Positions 22,612 to 35,974 of a stretch of DNA of 64,000 nt are shown here, piece after piece. Made by a program: the position numbers and the translations under genes. The notes under the pieces are model-generated. The model searched no databases and had not been told where the DNA came from. It worked only from the letters and a program-made list of their open reading frames with translations. Source of the DNA: Oopsacas minuta (lineage: Eukaryota; Animalia; Porifera); assembly GCA_024704765.1 (NCBI GenBank), contig JAKMXF010000297.1:426921-490920 (forward strand). The letters run 5' to 3'. Position 1 is the first letter of the stretch, and the number at the start of each line of letters is the position of its first letter.

Positions 22612-25600
22612 TTAGAAGATGTCGTCATCAAACAGATCGTTATCATCAGATTCATACTCCATGTCCTGAAAGTCAACTTTGTATCTAAGGAGACCACCAA
22701 TCCCTCCAAACCCCCGACAGAACTGGGAGCCTTCTTGAGAGCGGTCAGTTATTATCTCCAATGCTGCGCCGAAGGTTTTGTAGTTGTTAGCAAACCATTC
22801 CAGGAGAGGTAGCTTTAAGAGAAAAGAAATATATTAAAATATTTATCCTATTTAAATTAGTTACAAGTATTAGATGGAAAGATCAGTTACTATTAATACA
22901 TTTATCATCATCAGGCCTAGTATATATAAATTTGTGAATAAATACAGAAATTCCATGAATATAAACCACTTAAATCATATTAAAGATAGCCGTGAGAACT
23001 TGTAGGATAGTTGAAATTAAATCAAATAATCAGTAAGAAGAATGTATATAATAGTTCGATTAGAATAGGGATCAGAGATTTTAGTCACCAGTTTGAGTCT
23101 AATTACTAATTTGGTAAAGGATTACAACCTAATCTCCTCATGGCATTGTGAAAACTCGAACATAATTGGTTAGAATCCGGAGCTATGAACCTCATAATTT
23201 CAGATAATGGCTATGTTACTGAATACTTTTGTGGGCATTTTTCATATAAATGTTGTTATATTAAATACAAAGATTTTGGGAAAATAATTATCCAAATTTT
23301 TTGTTGCATAATCAAATGAGGCGTGAAATTCAACAAAATACTTCTTCAAGAGGGTGGGATATATTTAATTCACAAGTCTTGGAGCCTTTTTCTAGCCTCG
23401 GGCGCTTATTCGGGGAAATACGGTAGTTAGTAAAAACGATGAAATTATTCAGCCAAGTCAGAATTTCTTACACCATAGAATAATCGTAAGAATAAATAGT
23501 TAGTGTTACCTACCTTGTCAACTAACTCCAGCTCTACGCCTGTAGTGGGATCATGGAACTTTGTCTTGTCTTGTTCCTGTTCTGGAGTTAAATGTAGAAT
23601 AATTTGACTATCTGCTGTATGGTTCATAAGGGTATATCGCGATATTTCCAGATTCTCCCAGACAATTAGAGTATCAACAGCTCCCATTTGTAGAGCTTTA
23701 AGAGTATCATCCACTCCGAAACAGTATTTGTTCGAATCTAGGGCAATCTCACCAAAATATTTACCAATCAATTTCTTTTCGTGAATAAATTTGACATTTG
23801 ACAACACTTCAACTGATAGTTCAATAGCTTGATTGAATCCATTCTCTCCACCATATGAAACATCAACTAGTTTCAGCACCTAGTACATATAAGTTGTCCT
23901 TATTATTACTGGTTAAAACTCTTGAAATTATCGGATCCATGGCTATAGTACATATAACAAGACAGCTATCTTGCAATATACAAATTACAGTTAGATTTCG
24001 GTTAGAAAGATGTACTCTCGGACTAGTTAGTACTATGTACTTTTCTCCAAAACGGATTATCAATTCTTGTGCTAATTGTATAGGAATAATATTCGGATAA
24101 GAAGTGTTATGGTTAGTACGCACTAGTACGGTACTTCTTATCCGAGTTCTACTGTATATGTTAATTCCAACAGTAACATTAGGATTAGGTGACACGTGAC
24201 AATGACCCATTCATAATAATTTTTGAGTACATACGTGTAATATTCCGCTAAACAATTATCAAAAAAGTTCCAAATGTTCTAACATAACTACTCTAATGTA
24301 AAACAAGACAAGAATACTCAGGGTTGAATATAGTGATTATCTGAAGTTTTAATATCAGGTAATGTGAAAATATGCATCATCCGAAAAACTTAGATTAATT
24401 CAATAATGACTGCTTGAGTCTACGTAGAATTTCTTACCAGAATAATTTGCGGCTGAACACAAACATTCGATATTTATCAATAAACAGTGTACTAATGCAT
24501 GAGTTAATGATTATTAGAAAATTACCTTAGTTTGCAGTCTGGGATCAAATAGATCAGCTGCGAATAAGTCTGTTTTGAAGTCAGCGCTCCCAGCTAGGAT
24601 AAGTCCTGTAACATTAACCTTATCATTTGATATGAACATCTGTATAGCTGTTTCTGCTACTTTTCTAACATAATTATGTCTTTTCTCAACTCTCAGGCGA
24701 GCGAACCGTACAGATGACTGTCCACCTTTAGAAATCAAATTATAATATCACGTAATAACAATAATACCGTATTTTTAAGAAGCATTTATAATATGCTATA
24801 CAGGGATATAGCATATTATAAATGTTTTTAACAATACGGTTCGTGTTACTAACCTCTCCCATGCTTCTTAGGCAAGTCAACACTGAACTTATGTAGCACA
24901 TCTCTCGTGTTACCAGAGAGAGTTCCAAAGAGTGCTCCTTTCCCATCTATAACAATGAATCCAAATTTATTGTCGTCATTAAGCAGTGCGGATAGTGCTT
25001 CAGTATGGAACTTGTTGTCACATAGATAGAGACTGGTGTTGATAGGCTTGAAAGGCTCAAAATCTATGTTAACCTTCTTCTCCTTTCCATCTTCTGTCAG
25101 AATAGTCCCACAGTATATCTATTTTGGTAGGACAAACACATAATTATAAATCTAGCAATTTAAGGCAGTAGGAGAGCCTTACAAGGAGAAATCACCCTCT
25201 TGAATTATAACCTCCATCATTAGGGGGTTAGCCAAATATACTAGACATAAATAATATCAATCTGGTATAATCTCGAATATCAAACGAGTTTGTGAATATA
25301 TTCATGGTACTGTGTATATTATATGAATACTAAACATATAACATATAGTGATGCTATAACGAGATATAGCCCCTACTACTTACCCATGTATATGGTACTT
25401 TATTGATAACAATAACAACATACTAATTACATAAATATACAGTAGAACCTCGTTAATAAGAACACGGTTAATACGAATTTCCGGATAATACGAACAAATA
25501 TTTGCACAAAATCAGGTCACTACAGTTGCAAATTAATTGGTATTACTCAGTTAATAAGATCAAATTGTGACAGTCCGTTGGTGTTCGTATTAACGAGGTC

Positions 25601-28600
25601 CCACTGTTATTAACGTTGTAAAATAAATTTTGCATTCTATATTGCATTTTTATGCAATTACTGCTTACACTTCCAACAAATATTGCAGAATAAGACCCGT
25701 AAAAGATTAGCTAATGAGAATTTTGATAACTAAGTGTGGCTGAAGAGAACATAAGGAGGTAATTGAGAAGTAATACTAGATTACTTAATTAGATATATAA
25801 TACTGCTAGTGAACTTTGGCTTCAAACATAACAAGCAAGTGTTTCTGGAGATCAAGTTCTGAATTAATTCAAAAGATAAGAGCAAATCTTGAATAGCATA
25901 ATGCAATGATTGAGCTATCGGATAATAATGTCGGGTAATGAGTCATTACATGAAAGAACCAACAATATAACTAATACAAAAGGTGCACCTTGTATACATC
26001 TCGAACAGATATGCAACATGAAAGTAATTGAAAGTAATTGGAATGTTTCATAAAGTATATTCGTCCTTACGATAGCATAATCGTGGTGCCATGTGATTCG
26101 CTGAGGCAAGAAGGATAGGATAGCAATTGATTATATGCAGGAACGCTTGTATACACAACACTGTAGACATAATTCAGGTTAAATTAGCAACGTAAAGCGC
26201 TTATGAATACATTTCAGTTCTACGTACTATACAGTAAAACATTCTTGTTTCAGTAATGCTTCACAGATGCTCATTTCCGTATCAGTGGAACCTGCATAAA
26301 CCGACACCTGTATGATCCGAAAGACTTCTACAATCTGACAGTGTTTCTGATCTGAAATAGCTTCAGACAATACAAAGTCTCTTGTATAATCCGCCAAAAA
26401 TATTCATGTCCCAACGGTGTCGGTTTATCCAGGTCCCATTGTACATAGCTTAAATAAGGCGAATTTGTCCACTTAATCAATTAAAGTATTTAAATCAGAC
26501 CACATTATTCATTATCAGCAATTAGGTTTATTGCTAACAGTTTGTTTAGATGATTCCACTTTTCTTGATTTCCTGAGTTTAACATAAATTGCAAACGAAA
26601 TCAGTTCTGTACGAGTATAAGCAACTTAGAGACTTCACATATTTCAAGAAAGAAATTGAAAAGTACTAATCACATAGTGTCTTCTTATAAGTGAATTAAT
26701 ATACATAGCTCTATGTATGTATTTTAAACCAATTTTACTAAGTGAATACCGGAATAGCTTCATAATTGAAGCTATCTTATACGTAGGCGGTCAATAAATT
26801 CCAATAGCACCTAATACAACATTTTATAGACCGAGAAAACACATATCAATAGTTTGGGGATTGTTTTAACTATGTCCGGGAAAAACCTAGGTCAACACTA
26901 TACAAATAGCGATAGGCGGCTACACGTATTGCTATTGCTATTCTATAGACCGGTTTCAACATTGGTAAATCGTATTCATTGATCATAGATGACGCCAGAA
27001 AAGATGTCTAGTGAATAATATGGTTGTGTGGGAGAATCGAACAAAGAATCGAGAAACAGTGAGGATTCCAAATCTGCCATCAGAAAATATTTGCCTCTCA
27101 AATTATATTTTTATTTGATCTTTGTATATTTCTAGATTATTATGTTCTTTTTCATAATGGTACAACTAGTTTACTTTTATTATAGATATAATTTACAAAA
27201 TTAACATCACGAACAGCATAACATAATGCTTGAGGATATCTACCATTTTCTCATTGTACTAACGAAATATTAGATAACGTAAGGCAACTATAACTAATTA
27301 TTATCAAAAATTCACTCAGTATTGCCGTATAGGCAGTGTAGATTTGAATCTCGGAACCACAATATTACATTATTTCCGCACAGGCATTATTTATTTATTT
27401 ATTTTTGAAATCTATGTTCAGTTACAAATATTTTAAGTAGAAAATCAATGATCAGTTTAAAGTAACATTTTCTCGATAGAAGATTAGACAATAATTATCT
27501 AAGCATAAAGAAACGGTTAATATCCGTCCGTAACTATCAAATCATTTTAGAATCATGTAATATTCATAAAAAATAGCCAATGATTACAATCCTAAGTTTA
27601 TATTCAATTATTTTTACGTAAAACATATTTCTTAAAACTATTGTTATTAAGCACATGAATTAAATATATTCCTCTTCCCGAGATTATAATTTTACATAAT
27701 AAATGTATAATTATTTAAAGAACTTATTCAACTATGCTTGGTGAGAAATGGAATAATTAGATTGTTCTGATTAATCAGATTAATATATATTCATTGTTAT
27801 TCTACATAAAACATTTCAATTTATAATTTAGATATTAATCGTAATCAGCTGACTATTGGATCCCCTTTGCTATATGTGTCACATTTCGGCTACACTACAT
27901 CTATTATGATCACATTGTTAATATGAAACCCCTGGGGAACTTTGAGTATGAAATTGAGGAAACAAATGATGAACGAATGCATAAAGTTTGAGTCAGAGTT
28001 TCCTATAAAAAAACTAAAAAAGTACTAACTTCTAATTATAATTCTTCCTACGCAATCTTTAAATTTCAACCATGTTTTGCGTTCCAGTGTGCTAGATCCA
28101 CATCGAAAGTAGCGGGGCCGACCCCCCTAATTTGGCTAATTCTATGACTATGTTTGCTAGCAGGTGTGTAGCCCTACCTACCTATTCTTGCAAACGTGTT
28201 TTTCTGATTTCCTATCGCGCACCTGGGAAATAAGGGGTTTGCCCAACTTTAGCAGAGAGATGGATTCTACCAATCAGCATTCATATGAATAAATAATTAC
28301 ATTATTACAGTATACTCACATAATTGCAAAAGGAAGTCCTTATTAGAGATCGCAAGCCCGAGCCCTAGGTTCTTCGAGCTCGGCCGGGCTGAGTTTCGAG
28401 CCTATAATTTAGAATCTCAAATTAACCGCAAATTGCATGAAATTTCGAAAGAATTTCCTCTCAATTGTTTTATTAAATTGAATCAACTTTTGAAATTATT
28501 CATTGACATTCACTGTATGATCTGGTACTAAAAATTTGACATTCTATTTCTAGAAATATTCTAAACGTATAAAATAAATCTATAGGCAGACAAATTTTCT

Positions 28601-30704
28601 TATAAGGTTTAGGATGTCTTTCGATATATAAAACGAGCCGCTTAACTTACTCGCGCTGCGTGGAGTGCGAACACTTTTTGTTAGCATGGGACTCAGCACT
28701 TCATGTCTCGAATTTAGCAAACTATAAAATTACAAATTGAATTAATATATTAATATTTTAACAATTTGTTTACTTTATATTCATAAAACAACAATAAATT
28801 TAAATATGAGAAACTTGAAAATGAGAAATTCGGATTTAACGTGCTTGATGACGCCTATATGTCTGTGAGAGCAAGTCTCTAAGTATATTTATAGATTTCA
28901 ACTACGTATTTGTTTACTTATATTCATAAAACAACAATAAATTTACATATGATTAATTAGAAAGTGCGAAAATCGGAATCAGCATACTGGATTACCCCAA
29001 TGTAATTGTGTACTTTTTCCTATATCGTCAGCAGAAGGATATGTTATTCCCTTTATTATATACGCAGATCATCTTCCCCTATCATGAGAATACAAAGTGG
29101 ACAAACAAACAAACATCCAACAATTATTGAGTTTAAATAATATAGATATATTGATTGGATTTATTGTGTAGAATTGAATGGCGGAAGTTATATTGCTGGA
29201 TTGTTCGTCCCAAAAATCCGCGCCTAAATTCACCCCTGGAATTTTCATTCAAGATTTCGTCTCCTTATTGATTAGTTGTAATCTAGTGGCCTCTAAACAT
29301 CACAAAAATATGTCCCTAAATCTAAAGCGAGTTAAGAGACTCTGGACTGTTTGGAGCACAATTACTGCTCACCAACCACTAGTCTATGAAATACGCTGAT
29401 CCTATATCTTCTAGAGCGCATTGTAATACACTGGAACTTCAATTAGACTTCGAATAATTGGGTTAATTGGACAATCCATTCCATAGAACAATTTTACAAT
29501 AATTAACCGTAATTCAAGACTTTTACCACTAAACTAAAGCTTAGTAATAGTATGAGGATGAGAATGACCAAACATAGAAGAACGATATTGCGCTAGGCGT
29601 GCTAGTCTTGACTAAGAGTATTCAAAGTCATTGCTAATATAGTTATATAACTACTACGAAATTATTAATAGATTCACACACATTTTATAGGATCACCATA
29701 AATCAGAATTAACATAACCAATAAACATATGAATCCATAAAACGTCTTAGTATATTCTCTTGTAGCCAGGAAAACAGGAGAAAGGTTAGATGAGGTGAAT
29801 TGTTTTAATCAGAATAGTAAAATTCAAACATGGCTAGCGAAATTTCATTTCATAACGTAGTAAATCTAGCCGGAAGTCAAGTATTATTTAGGTATTGGCG
29901 GAGCGTAAACAAGGACATGAATTTTCATATCTTAATTACTAATAGTATTGTCTAGGCATGTATTTTCTCAAACTCTCATGGACAATGGCCTCACTTTGAA
30001 TAAATATAGCGAGTCATGAAAACACCCAAGTCGACTTGTTTGTTCATGTTTGGTTACGTTTAATCATGTCTGTATTTAGCCCATGACCGTAGAAATCAAC
30101 TAAAAAGTGACGTAAAATCTCTAGACGTATGAAAATTATTAGATTGCCATTTCAGGTGTAGGACCCTCATAAACATATGATTTCAGCTGAACTGGGATTC
30201 CCAGGAATTTTGGTTTGGTGGACATTTGCCCACAAACTAGAAATCTTAGGTACCAGAAAGATTCCATTATATCTTTCACGCAAGACGCAACTAAGATATA
30301 TATTTGTATGAGATCTTGATGAGAAATCAGGATCTCATGGGCCACAATACCAGTGAGTAAGCGAACAAGTAGAAGGCGAATATTACTATATATTTTAATC
30401 ATTCCGTAAAACTCACCACAAGCCCATTGGTAGGCACCTTACTGTACAGTTTGAGTCGATGTTGTACTGAAGTTATAGCACTCTGCACTGAGAGACGATT
30501 GACTCTACTTTTGATACTGCTAGCAGTCCCGGACTCTCCGGCTAACATCTTGCAGATTCGAGGGATCTGATCTTTAGGAGGAATGATTAGAGATATCATA
30601 CTTGTGCCGTTCCCACGGGCAGCCTCTAGACTCTTTATTAGTCGCTTTATTTTCCACATCTCAACATTCTGGTCACCAGAATTCTGTGTGAAGTTCACAG
30701 CCAT
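22612..30704 (-). CDS. ETF1: Eukaryotic peptide chain release factor 1 (eRF1), 5 exons, 439 aa
   Basis: Exons 30704-30417, 25118-24854, 24725-24526, 23879-23514, 22812-22612 (1320 nt, all GT-AG, frame intact). GTS loop, [13 protein letters not shown] and GFGGIGG present. NIKS replaced by SIKS. Confidence 0.97.
24010..24154. mobile_element. CAGTAGAACTCGG-family MITE in eRF1 intron 3 (left end approximate)
   Basis: Right end CTTATCCGAGTTCTACTG|TA. Internal attatcaattcttgtgctaattgtat shared with the copy at 54295-54472. Confidence 0.55.
25440..25606. mobile_element. CAGT-ended MITE in eRF1 intron 1
   Basis: TIRs CAGTAGAACCTCGTTAATAAGAACAC / GTGTTCGTATTAACGAGGTCCCACTG. Confidence 0.8.
26283..26441. 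mobile_element. CAGT-ended MITE in eRF1 intron 1
   Basis: TIRs CAGTGGAACCTGCATAAACCGACACC / GGTGTCGGTTTATCCAGGTCCCATTG|TA. Confidence 0.8.
28634..29146 (-). mobile_element. Non-autonomous Helitron-like element with CTCG 3' end, copy A (eRF1 intron 1)
   Basis: On the minus strand: A|TCTATATTA 5' end, (GTTT)n, internal repeat tttatgaatataaagtaaacaaat, GC-rich hairpin, CTCG|T 3' end. Homologous to 47896-48575. Confidence 0.75.
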
Positions 30705-32239
30705 CTCGAATAATTATCGTTAGCTAATTCGGTTAATTTGGGAACAATTGTTAATCTTTCAATTGTGTGTAAGACTGTATGATAAATTCGATAATTACAA
30801 TTTGATTATTCCGATATTAGGAATACATCTCGAATACCTGTCGGTCAATTTTAGAAGGCCGTAGCAAGCAGATTTCAATTAGTCAGATTGACAAGTACTA
30901 TTTCTATTAGCAGTTCAAATCTTGGTCCGGATGAACCTGACGAACCGGAACATCTCATACGGTCATGATTAATACTATAAGTCTAGTACTGTGGTTCCTA
31001 ACCTGGGGTCACGTGGGATCCACAGGAAGTATTGCGTCTATATAGCATATAGGAAGGATCCAGAGATATCGTTACCCAAAAAACTTGGGAAACTCAGCCA
31101 GCATATAAAAGTAATCAAAAAGTGTGGATCAATAATTACTCATAATTTTCTGATAGAGTAATTATAATACTATAAACTCCTATTGCAATTCAGTTGCTAT
31201 TACAGTATTACAGCAGTAGTCAAAATGCTAGACAGTTATTAATTTGTGAGTTTTAGCGACGATTGCTGAATATCTTTTGAATGTACTTGGCTGAATTTTC
31301 TTTCTTATAGTTTAATAAATAAATATGATGTAACAACCCTAAAAATAACTACACAACCTTATTTTAGCTGGATTCTAAATTTAGAAATACATATCATCCT
31401 ATAAATATACGATACATATAATAGGTGGATAATTGTTTAATTAATTAACATATATCTAAGACTGGTCTGTCTAATTAGCCCTTTGTTGTCACTGACAATT
31501 CTAGAATAATATTTTCTGGGGTCGTACATAGCAAACCCGCTGAAGTGCTATACGTATATGTATATGTTGAAAAAGTATCTAATAGTATCACAGTAAATTA
31601 TTAATGCTTAAATTTGTAATATCCAAAGAATATTGCGGAGTCATCAATAATACCATATATGGTCATTTTCAAGATGTCGGAGATATCATATCAAAATGTA
31701 CTATTAGAGTATGGGAAGTCGGGTATATGCTATATGTGTGTCATTTGGTTTAGCCGTAACATTGAAGGATGTCAAGTTATGGATGAATATTGGCCCAAAT
31801 ATGCCACCCATGGTCACTACTATAACTCTGAAACTCGCTAACTTTATCATTACACATTTTTGCTATTTTTGCGGCAGCATAGTTAGATCCCGTGGTATAA
31901 ATTTTGAAACGATAACTTTACTAATTAACTCATCATAGCACTTTTTTGACATAATTGCTAACTAAGCAAGCAGATCATTTCGGCCTGGAAATACTTTGTA
32001 TACATAGAATACATGTATTGTCAAATATCAATAATACATTTTATTCGGGTCAAATTTAATTTTATCATGACAAATAGAATTCCTATCCTTTTAAAATCAT
32101 AAGGTATATATGTAGGTTAATTAAGCACACATAAAACACAACATTTACAAATATTCCAATAATTCTAACAATTTTATTAACATAGATAAAAAGATAACAA
32201 TCAAAAGTTATCTATCTCTATGAACTCAATTGAATGAAT

Positions 32240-32644
32240 TTAATCAAACCATTGAGATATAAACACATTGGAGAGGTTAGTCTCGTTCAAACACTCATCT
32301 TCCTCAAACTTGTGTAATTGTTGCTTCATCTGTCCACCAGATATCCTCAGAGCAAGTAAGGTAGGAATACTATTCAGAGAGAATACTCCAGTCCTAAATT
32401 CATTCTTAGGATCTATCCACGAATCTCTACCACCAACTTCACACCTAATAAACTCCAAACTACTCCTTCGCTTCTCGCTAGTTGACAGAATTATGTTCTT
32501 AGAAGCATCGCAATCAGAACACCAACTAACCCCAGTTTCTAATGAGGATCCGTAGAAGTATATTACAACATCCTTGGTCCCGAGCGAAGTTAAATGAGTC
32601 TCTAATTCTTTCACAGATGAAAATATTTCGCTTGCTGATGCCAT
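32240..32644 (-). CDS. TXNDC17: Thioredoxin domain-containing protein 17 (TRP14, DUF953), intronless
   Basis: YFYGS....SWCSDC, CEVGGRDSWIDPKNEFR, SIPTLL, FEEDECL follow the TXNDC17 pattern. Confidence 0.85.
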   Translation of the reverse strand: MASASEIFSSVKELETHLTSLGTKDVVIYFYGSSLETGVSWCSDCDASKNIILSTSEKRRSSLEFIRCEVGGRDSWIDPKNEFRTGVFSLNSIPTLLALRISGGQMKQQLHKFEEDECLNETNLSNVFISQWFD

Positions 32645-34779
32645 TTAGGTATCTTCCAACCTAAGCTATTCTAGCTTACACTATTACAGACAATAATATA
32701 GAATAGCATATGTAGGTCACGAATAATGTAATAACCAATCAATAAAAATTAATGAATAAAGGAGCTCCAGCTAAGTATGATTTCTAAAATTGCTCAATTC
32801 AACTCTAATTAATAAATTTTGCATACAAATCAATATGCAAAATGCAAGGATGTCAATTTACAACGTTTTTAGTGTGCAATGCTCCAGAATGTAATTAAAA
32901 TCTGGAATTTCGTGCGATTAATGAGTACCCTCACCACTTCATGATGTGATAATAGTCTCTCATTTAATGCAGAGCTAAGGAATATCAACATTCACACTAA
33001 ATACAAGTTATCTCTATTACTAAATAATATGACTATTCGTATGATGATATATCTAGAATCTAGACCACGTAGTATTTCTTGAATACTACCAATTGTTCTA
33101 CTCGTATGTTATTGTGATAATATTATGAATATAGAACAGTTGAATAAACAAGTATTTTTGTAAACTAAATAGGAAACATAGTAATTATTCAAAATACCGC
33201 CTCCGTCCTTGTCATATTTTGTACGTAGGTTACACTTCATTGTTTTTATCGTCAAGATTTTAGTAAAATCAACGATATGTATTATGATTTTCCATTGTTA
33301 TAAGAAAATTACAGTAATTTCAGAGTTATTAATAGAGTTTCGTACTAAAACAATGGCCGTAATTCTGGAATAAATAAATTTTAATGCTTATAGGGATTCA
33401 AATGGGACTTTTAAAAGTGACGGAATATCGAGGTGGCCGCTATTCCGGGGTTACCGTTACTCGGGGTTCCATTGTAGTATTGTTTTATTTCTATTCGCTA
33501 ACCTGAACAAATTCACTAATTGGAACCTGAATGTATTCATTTGCTATCGGACTGTTAGGATTAGTGAGGGTCTACAGACTCTACACTCCACAGCAATTAG
33601 AATTGTAATTTTGTAAAACAGTTTACTTAAGTGCCGGCGAGAAATTTTATATTAAAATCCTTCAGGCCTCAGAATAAAAAGAGACCTTTCACTAATCTGA
33701 AAAATATCCTTTCAACACACTAAAAAGTGAATAATATTTCGCCGACATACAAGTAGAATGTTGTGTAAAATGATTACCATATGAATATGATAACCACTTA
33801 TCTAACCTTAGATATTTTAATGGCATGCGAATAAGTAGTTTGAGATTACTGTACCAGTGTAATTCAACTCAAATATCGATCATAGACAAAAGGGCTGGAT
33901 TAGAAATCATGAATTGGTGTATCATAAAAGAACACATGTTATGTACATCACAATCATATTATTGCAAGAATATGTAATATTATACGGAACGTGATAAAAA
34001 TAGTAAAGATGGCATTCTCTTCAAAGGCTATCGGCTAGAAGGATGTAATATAGTTAAAGTATCACCCCTACTAATTTAAACTGGTATGAGCACATAAATT
34101 ACAAATCTCTCATAGCTAATATTTTAGCTCAAAATTCTACGGAAATAGTATTATATAAGAAAATAATAATAGCGTGTAATACGTATCTACATGTAGATAA
34201 ATAGATTAGCTGGAGCAGATTAATTAATTATATTAAAAAGAGGTGTATTGGTTGTCTTGAATGATTATGTTAAACTGATAAAATAATTAAAGAAATAATG
34301 AAATTAATTACGACTTGCTAATATGGTTAGGTAATAATATCTTAATATTTTTGGCAAGAATTTAAACAATTTAACGAAAGATGAGTTGCAATAAATAATA
34401 CGGTGAGAATTCCAGATTAGAGTAGATAAGATCAGATGCGTTTTATTAATTTAATTATTTATCATGAATCATGTTGCAAGTATTTTCTCATATTAGTAAT
34501 AGTAATAGTAATACTAATAGTATTTATTGAATTTCAAACCAAACACCTGAGGCACTACCTGAAATGGTTTAACATAGTAAATTAGATACTAAAATAATAA
34601 TAATTGGTATTTAATAAGGAGATAATTACAGAATAAATCTAGCAATATTACACACCAAATTTATTAAAAACAATTAAAATTATTAACAACAAAAGATTTT
34701 TGGACTCCTTTAGAGAGAATTTGGATAAAACGGAAATGTGTAGGGAGATGACAGGGCATACTATCAATTGGAGGGGTTT

Positions 34780-35100
34780 TTACAAAATCTTATATTTTGT
34801 TTTCTGTTTCTTTAGAAAATATATTTCTTTGCGAATATTTTCAAATTCTCTCACTAATTCTGCTTTTACAATCTCTAAATATTCGATCTCTTCAACTTCT
34901 TTCTGTCTTCTCTTCCGAGAATATTCTTTCATTTTTGAACGTCTCCTGGTCTCTTTAATATGCGATGCTTCTTCTTTCGTAAAGCCTTCTTTCTGTAGGA
35001 GTTTATTAAGTACTTTAATATCGAGGTTAGTGATATTTTGATGTGATAAGGGCATGTCAACATTTCCAAGTATGTCGATTGGATCGAATAAATCATCCAT
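34780..35100 (-). CDS. Small Maf-like bZIP protein (106 aa) with divergent basic region
   Basis: Extended homology region LDIKVLNKLLQKEGFTKEEASHIKETRRR, basic region RRRSKMKEYSRKRR, zipper heptads L-L-I-L-Y. Confidence 0.75.
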   Translation of the reverse strand: MDDLFDPIDILGNVDMPLSHQNITNLDIKVLNKLLQKEGFTKEEASHIKETRRRSKMKEYSRKRRQKEVEEIEYLEIVKAELVREFENIRKEIYFLKKQKTKYKIL

Positions 35101-35163
35101 TGTATAATATTTGAGGTTCCGTTCGGTTTAGAGATTTTTTTAACTACAAGGAACTTGATCTAC

Positions 35164-35171
35164 TATTTATA
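35164..35171 (-). promoter_or_regulatory. Candidate TATA box of the Maf-like gene
   Basis: TATAAATA on the minus strand 64-71 nt upstream of the ATG. Weak evidence in AT-rich DNA. Confidence 0.35.
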
Positions 35172-35974
35172 CTAGAACCTAGTAGATAGATAGAGGCCCG
35201 AAGATCAAAGTATCTTATCATGATTATATGGCACTGTTGATTAGTGCATTCTGGCATTTTTCATATAGAAAAATATTCCGTTAAGAGTGAATAACATACT
35301 GAAGATCATTCAAGCAACGATAAAGACAGCATTCATTCTGTTCAGTTACAAATCCAGTTTCATCGGAACTAAATCTGACAATAAGATGTGGCAAGAAAAG
35401 TTATTCATATCCATGATAAATATATTAGGTGGTCAAAAGGTGTCACAAGTTACAACATTTTTCTAAATCAATTTGTAACTATACAAACAAATCATTCGAA
35501 AATATATTTTCCAAAGTAAATCGCGGTTGTTGAATACAAGAAATATTGTGATCCAAAGAATATAGATTGTTGTACCAGATAATTTCTAATTATTTTACTT
35601 ATTTTTCGGATAGTATCAAAACTACATCCAAATTAATTAATTGTTTCATGCTTTTGAATTTTCTGTAGCTTTTCCGAAAATCAATATTGATTCAGTTTTA
35701 GAAAAATATGGACCGATATTTATTGTATCGAATCGCATCCAACCGATATGGATAGATGCCACTTCCTGTCCGTTATAAAATATTAATACACCAGCAGATT
35801 CCAATTTGATATACAGTCAACCTCCGGCAACTTGAACCTCAGGGGAAGTCAAACCGTTCGAGTTAATTGATGGCCTCATTTAAGAGGGAAGTTACGAAAT
35901 TTGTAAACAGGTTAATCTTTAAATAATCATACCTAATTACCTATGGCTATGGGCATAACATATCGTGTGTTTTT

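Noticed and set aside
22609-22614. UAA-C as a special leaky context for eRF1 and ABCE1
   Set aside because: COG8 and the NHL gene also end in TAA-C, so the +4 base is not discriminating here.
23855-24210. ORFs 23855-24100 (+) and 23863-24210 (-)
   Set aside because: They fall in eRF1 intron 3 across a MITE and have no protein-like features.
25119-30416. A second, canonical NIKS-encoding eRF1 exon 1 hidden in the 5.3-kb first intron
   Set aside because: I could not find any eRF1 N-domain-like sequence there by eye; the intron is explained largely by MITEs, a Helitron and AT-rich DNA.
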